DNA from: Abditibacterium sp.
GTDB lineage: Bacteria; Armatimonadota; Abditibacteriia; Abditibacteriales; Abditibacteriaceae
Assembly: GCA_965199495.1 (NCBI GenBank)
Contig: CBDASK010000003.1
Coordinates: forward strand, 3,360,001-3,424,000
DNA: 64,000 bases
Direction: 5' to 3'
This document shows, in pieces, positions 60,331 through 64,000 of this stretch. The translations under genes were made by a program, and so were the position numbers. Under the pieces are notes generated by a model. It was not told the DNA's origin. It made no database searches and was given only the letters and a program-made list of their open reading frames with translations. The stretch's first letter is position 1. Every line of letters starts with the position of its first letter.

Positions 60331-61338
60331 GTGACTCTTACTCCCGAAACCGGCGCGGCGTTTGTGGCGGCGCTGACCGCGACGCTCAAAATTTTCCTGA
60401 TGGGCGCGGCGGGATTTTTGTTGGTCTGGCGCGGTCTGCTTTCGCCCAAAGGCGTGGGCGGCGTGGCTGCTCTGACCGCCAACCTCGCTTTGCCATGTTT
60501 GATAATCCAACAATTCGCCGCGCAATTCGATCCGGTGAAATTTTCCAATTGGTGGGTCTGGGCGCTGGCGGGCAGCGCGATGCAATCCGTGCAACTCGGA
60601 TTGAGCTGGTTGCTTTCGCGCCGAGTAAAACCCGAACAGGGCCGCGACGAAATGACGATGCTGCTGGGGTTTCAAAACGCCGGGTTTTTCGTGTTGCCGA
60701 TGCTGCAAAGTCTGCTGCTGACTGCCGAGTTCAATCGCGCGGCGATTTTATTGTTCGTTTACATCATCTTTTTCAACGCGACTTTGTGGCCCGCAGGTAA
60801 CCGAGTTCTGCTCAAAACCAACGCTTTCGATTGGAAAAGCGTTGTGCTGGCGCCGCCGACGTTTTGGACGATTATCGCGCTCGTGCTTTTCGGCTTGTTG
60901 CACAATCAAACGCTGGCTCTACGCGAAACGCTGATTTGGCATTCGCTACTCGGCGATGGAGCCACGCCGGGCGCGGTCACGCTGATTGGCAACGCGACGA
61001 TTCCGCTCGCGACGATTGTTTTGGGCGCGACGGTCGCGCAAACCGTGCGCGCGGGCGACTTCAATAATCCGCGAAAAGCCATCGAAATCTCGTTTTGGAA
61101 GTTGGCCATTTGGCCTCTTCTCGGATTGGCGATCATCAAATTTTGGCCCGGCCCTTTGTTCGATGACCGCGTGTATCGGTTGCTGATTATGCTGGAATTT
61201 AGCGCGCCGACTTCGACGACCGTGGCCGTGTTTTGCCAACAACACAATTATCCAATGAAGCTCACGCCCGCCGTGTCTCTGGCGTGCTACGCGCTCTGCG
61301 TCATCACGATTCCTTTCTGGATCGCGTTGGTTTTGTAA
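60331..61338 (+). CDS. AEC (auxin efflux carrier) family transporter
   Basis: LALPCLI, F.NAGF..LP, IG.ATIPLA..VLG, KL.IWPL; start codon uncertain. Confidence 0.85.
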   Translation: MTLTPETGAAFVAALTATLKIFLMGAAGFLLVWRGLLSPKGVGGVAALTANLALPCLIIQQFAAQFDPVKFSNWWVWALAGSAMQSVQLGLSWLLSRRVKPEQGRDEMTMLLGFQNAGFFVLPMLQSLLLTAEFNRAAILLFVYIIFFNATLWPAGNRVLLKTNAFDWKSVVLAPPTFWTIIALVLFGLLHNQTLALRETLIWHSLLGDGATPGAVTLIGNATIPLATIVLGATVAQTVRAGDFNNPRKAIEISFWKLAIWPLLGLAIIKFWPGPLFDDRVYRLLIMLEFSAPTSTTVAVFCQQHNYPMKLTPAVSLACYALCVITIPFWIALVL

Positions 61339-61339
61339 C

Positions 61340-62137
61340 ATGAATTTTTATCGAAATAAAACGGCTCTGGTCACGGGCGCATCGAGCGGCATCGGCGCCG
61401 AGTTCGCGCGCGTTTTGGCGCGCAAAGGTTGCGACCTGATTTTGGTCGCGCGCCGCGAAGACCGTTTGCGCGAATTGGCCGACGAATTGGCGAGCCAATA
61501 CAAAATTAAAGCCCACGTCATCGCCCACGATTTGAGCGACGAATGGGCGGTGCGCACGATTTACGACGAAATCAACCAGCGCGAATTGCGTGTGGAAATT
61601 TTGATTAATAACGCCGGATTCGCCACGCAGGGCGATTTCGAGACGACCGACGCCGATTTGCTGCACCGCGAAGTGATGCTCAACGTGACGGCAGTCGTGG
61701 ATTTGACGCGTTTATTTCTGCCCGCGATGATCGAGCGCAAAAGTGGCGTTATCGTCAACGTCGCTTCGACGGCGAGCTTTTTCCCGTTGCAAACGCAGGC
61801 GGTTTACGGCGCGACCAAAGCGTTCGTTTTGAGCTGGAGCGAGGCGTTGTGGGCCGAAAATCGCGCGCGCGGCATCAAAGTTCTGGCGCTCTGTCCCGGC
61901 GCGACGCAAACCGAATTTTTCGAGCGCGTCGGCAAAACCGTGAAAGCCCCCAAAGATACGCCCGAATTTGTCGTGCAAACCGCGTTCAAAGCCTTGAGTC
62001 GCGGCGATTCGACCGTTATTGTCGGACGCACCAATGCTTTAGCCGCCACGCTTTTGCCGCGCCTATTACCGCGCGAAACTTTGATTTTAGCGGCGGGCCG
62101 CGTGATTCAAAAGTTCTGGGCGAGCGGCGGCAATTGA
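61340..62137 (+). CDS. SDR family oxidoreductase
   Basis: TGASSGIG, NNAG, YGATK. Confidence 0.93.
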   Translation: MNFYRNKTALVTGASSGIGAEFARVLARKGCDLILVARREDRLRELADELASQYKIKAHVIAHDLSDEWAVRTIYDEINQRELRVEILINNAGFATQGDFETTDADLLHREVMLNVTAVVDLTRLFLPAMIERKSGVIVNVASTASFFPLQTQAVYGATKAFVLSWSEALWAENRARGIKVLALCPGATQTEFFERVGKTVKAPKDTPEFVVQTAFKALSRGDSTVIVGRTNALAATLLPRLLPRETLILAAGRVIQKFWASGGN

Positions 62138-62189
62138 TTCAAGTCATCAGCGCATAGCGTTTATTCCCGGAAAATTTTGCTCTGACATC

Positions 62190-62218
62190 TTGCGAAACGC
62201 GGGCAAATTTGGGATAAT
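62190..62218 (+). promoter_or_regulatory. sigma70-type promoter for tRNA-Ser
   Basis: TTGCGA-17 bp-GATAAT. Confidence 0.65.
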
Positions 62219-62241
62219 TGTCTGTGCCCCGCGCAACAGAT

Positions 62242-62331
62242 GGAGAGATACCCAAGCGGCTCAAGGGGCGGGTTTGCTAAACCTGTAGTCTGGCGTAAGC
62301 TGGAGCGAGGGTTCGAATCCCTCTCTCTCCG
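62242..62331 (+). tRNA. tRNA-Ser(GCT), canonical
   Basis: GGAGAGA acceptor, TT GCT AA loop, long variable arm, GGTTCGAATCC, G discriminator. Confidence 0.93.
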
Positions 62332-62340
62332 TTCAAAATT

Positions 62341-62376
62341 AAGCCGCTCGAATCATTTTGATTCGAGCGGCTTTTT
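62341..62376. terminator. intrinsic terminator
   Basis: aagccgctcgaatca-ttt-tgattcgagcggcttttt. Confidence 0.85.
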
Positions 62377-62782
62377 ATTTGGCTTCCAGCTTTTTGAACT
62401 TCTCGATTTGCGGCGCGAGGTCTTCGATGGCTTTTTTCAAAGATTCGACTTCGATCACAGCGTCGTGGACTTGCCACCACAAATCTTGCTCTTTTATCCA
62501 AAAATCGCTGGGCAGGCTTAGAATGTTTTGCAGTAGAGCGCCTGGATAAAAGTCACCGCTTTCCATCGGATTCCCAACGAGAAATTCGAGCGCAATTGGA
62601 ATGAGATAGCGCGGGCTGAATTTTTGGCCCAACATTAACCGGCAATCTTCGGCGTTCCACTGTTCAAGCGGCGTCCGATGTAAAATCAGACAACGCCGAA
62701 TCATATCTGTCGGTGCGCTTTCGGGTTCGCCCATGTCAAAGTTTTCGAGTTCTTGCAACGATTTGGATGTGTCCATCAGCAT
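62375..62782 (-). CDS. contact-dependent inhibition immunity protein (CdiI-like)
   Basis: SLQELE...RC..L.R.PL......D.RL.LGQ....YLIP.ALE.L..NP...GDFYPG.LL pattern. Confidence 0.75.
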   Translation of the reverse strand: MLMDTSKSLQELENFDMGEPESAPTDMIRRCLILHRTPLEQWNAEDCRLMLGQKFSPRYLIPIALEFLVGNPMESGDFYPGALLQNILSLPSDFWIKEQDLWWQVHDAVIEVESLKKAIEDLAPQIEKFKKLEAK

Positions 62783-62801
62783 TTATTTTACACTCATTCG
62801 T

Positions 62802-62993
62802 ATGACGCCCGAAATCCGCGAGCAACTGCGCGCGCTCATCGAAGCCAACCGCGCGCGCGCGTTGTGGAACTTTCCCGCCGATTATTTTCCCGATGATGCC
62901 GCCGCCGCGCGCGCGGTTTTAGGGCGCATCGCGGCGCGCGGCGACCGCGCGACATTTGTTGCGGCGCGGCAGTTGTTGGCGAAAATTTCCTAA
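62802..62993 (+). CDS. small protein, putative antitoxin or partner of the downstream NTase
   Basis: 63 aa, ALW...DY.P; stop overlaps the next ATG (TAATG). Confidence 0.6.
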   Translation: MTPEIREQLRALIEANRARALWNFPADYFPDDAAAARAVLGRIAARGDRATFVAARQLLAKIS

Positions 62994-63814
62994 TGGCGCT
63001 TTCTCCGTTTCAACTCGAAATATGCCGATTATTGGCCAGTCGGCGCGCACCCGAACGTGTGCCACAAAGTTATCTGGCGGGCGGTGCGACGCTGGGCGCC
63101 TTGCTCGATACGCCGAGATTATCGCGCGATTTGGACTTGTTTCACGATACGCTCGAAGCATTAGACGCGACATGGAAAGCTGACCAAATTTTGCTTATGG
63201 GCGCGGGTTATGGCGTCGAAATTTTGCGCGAGCGCCCCGGTTTTGTTGAAGTTACGGTTGCGCGCGGAGAGCAAAGCGTGTTGCTGCAATGGGTGCGCGA
63301 CAGCGCTTTTCGGTTTTTCCCGCTTTTGCCGCACGCCGATTTGGGTTTGACGCTGCATCCATTCGATTTGGCGACCAACAAAATTTTGGCTCTGGTTGGC
63401 CGCATTGAAGCGCGCGATTGGGTGGATGCGCTGGAATGCCATCGCCACGTTTCGCCGTTGGGACTTTTGGCGTGGGCCGCGTGCGGCAAAGACGAGGGCT
63501 GGAATCCGCAATTGATATTGGAAGAAGCCGCGCGCAACGGGCGCGCCTCGCCGCTCGAATGGGCACAACTCGAATGGCAGGGCGCGGCGCCCAATCCGAT
63601 TGAATTCAAAACGCAGTGGCGCGAATCTCTGGCGGCGGCTTCCCAAATCATCGAGATTTTGCCCTTGGAATCATTGGGAATGGCCGTTTTAAATGCGACG
63701 GGCGCGCCCTTTCAGGGCGACGTGGCTGCATTGCAGGGCGCGCTCGAACGCGACGAATTGCGCTTTCACGCGGGTTATATCGGCGGCGCGTGGCCAACGC
63801 TGAAAGAAAACTAA
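62993..63814 (+). CDS. AbiEii/AbiGii-like nucleotidyltransferase
   Basis: YLAGG..L, R.SRDLDLF, NK.LAL.GR...RDWVD. Confidence 0.75.
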   Translation: MALSPFQLEICRLLASRRAPERVPQSYLAGGATLGALLDTPRLSRDLDLFHDTLEALDATWKADQILLMGAGYGVEILRERPGFVEVTVARGEQSVLLQWVRDSAFRFFPLLPHADLGLTLHPFDLATNKILALVGRIEARDWVDALECHRHVSPLGLLAWAACGKDEGWNPQLILEEAARNGRASPLEWAQLEWQGAAPNPIEFKTQWRESLAAASQIIEILPLESLGMAVLNATGAPFQGDVAALQGALERDELRFHAGYIGGAWPTLKEN

Positions 63815-64000
63815 AACTCCCCCAGACTTTCGCGTTTCTCGCGCCATTCGCGCGGAATTCCGTCAATGCCAACGCGCGCGCCGACGATGCCACCAACAAT
63901 CGCGCAGGTCGTGTCGCGGTCGCCCAAACCGGCGACGGTGTGCCATAACGCTTCCTCAAAATACGCGCCTTCGTGATGCGCGCACCAGATACAAAAGGGC
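63811..64000 (-). CDS. partial ADP-ribosylglycohydrolase (C-terminus)
   Basis: My translation of the minus strand: PFCIWCA...FEEALWHTVAGLGDRDTTCAIVGGIVGA...IPREW...F*. Confidence 0.85.
   Translation of the reverse strand, partial: PFCIWCAHHEGAYFEEALWHTVAGLGDRDTTCAIVGGIVGARVGIDGIPREWREKRESLGEF

Overview
Bacterial chromosomal segment, moderately GC-rich, mostly housekeeping genes (cysS, eno, lnt, rny, spoVS, miaA, dapF, clpS, dapL, pgi, accA/accD, pheA, uvrB, a short glmU, prs, rplY, three tRNAs) mixed with accessory genes (ParDE, PIN and AbiEii-like toxin-antitoxin pairs, orphan SMI1/KNR4 and CdiI-like immunity genes, a macro domain, GH127, a PilZ-GH26 fusion). Gene content suggests an Armatimonadota/Abditibacteriota-like diderm (inference only). 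Main unexplained signals: (1) the non-palindromic 9-mer GCAGCCACG/CGTGGCTGC occurs at least 26 times, 13 per orientation and in several reading frames, like a DNA-uptake-type sequence; (2) five exported beta-propeller-like paralogs have divergent middles and a near-invariant C-terminus (..LYSVANGVLYRQRAR*), some of their stop codons also form the -10 box of the next gene, and there is an 'empty cassette' 30-bp direct repeat; (3) a second, atypical tRNA-Ser(GCT) has a 5' leader complementary to its own 5' half; (4) there are several families of palindromic intergenic elements, including heptamer arrays around a four-helix-bundle gene, nested composites, elements that contain stop codons, and one copy inserted in frame in an ABC ATPase; (5) many genes have leaderless-type -10 boxes. 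All counts and alignments were done by eye.
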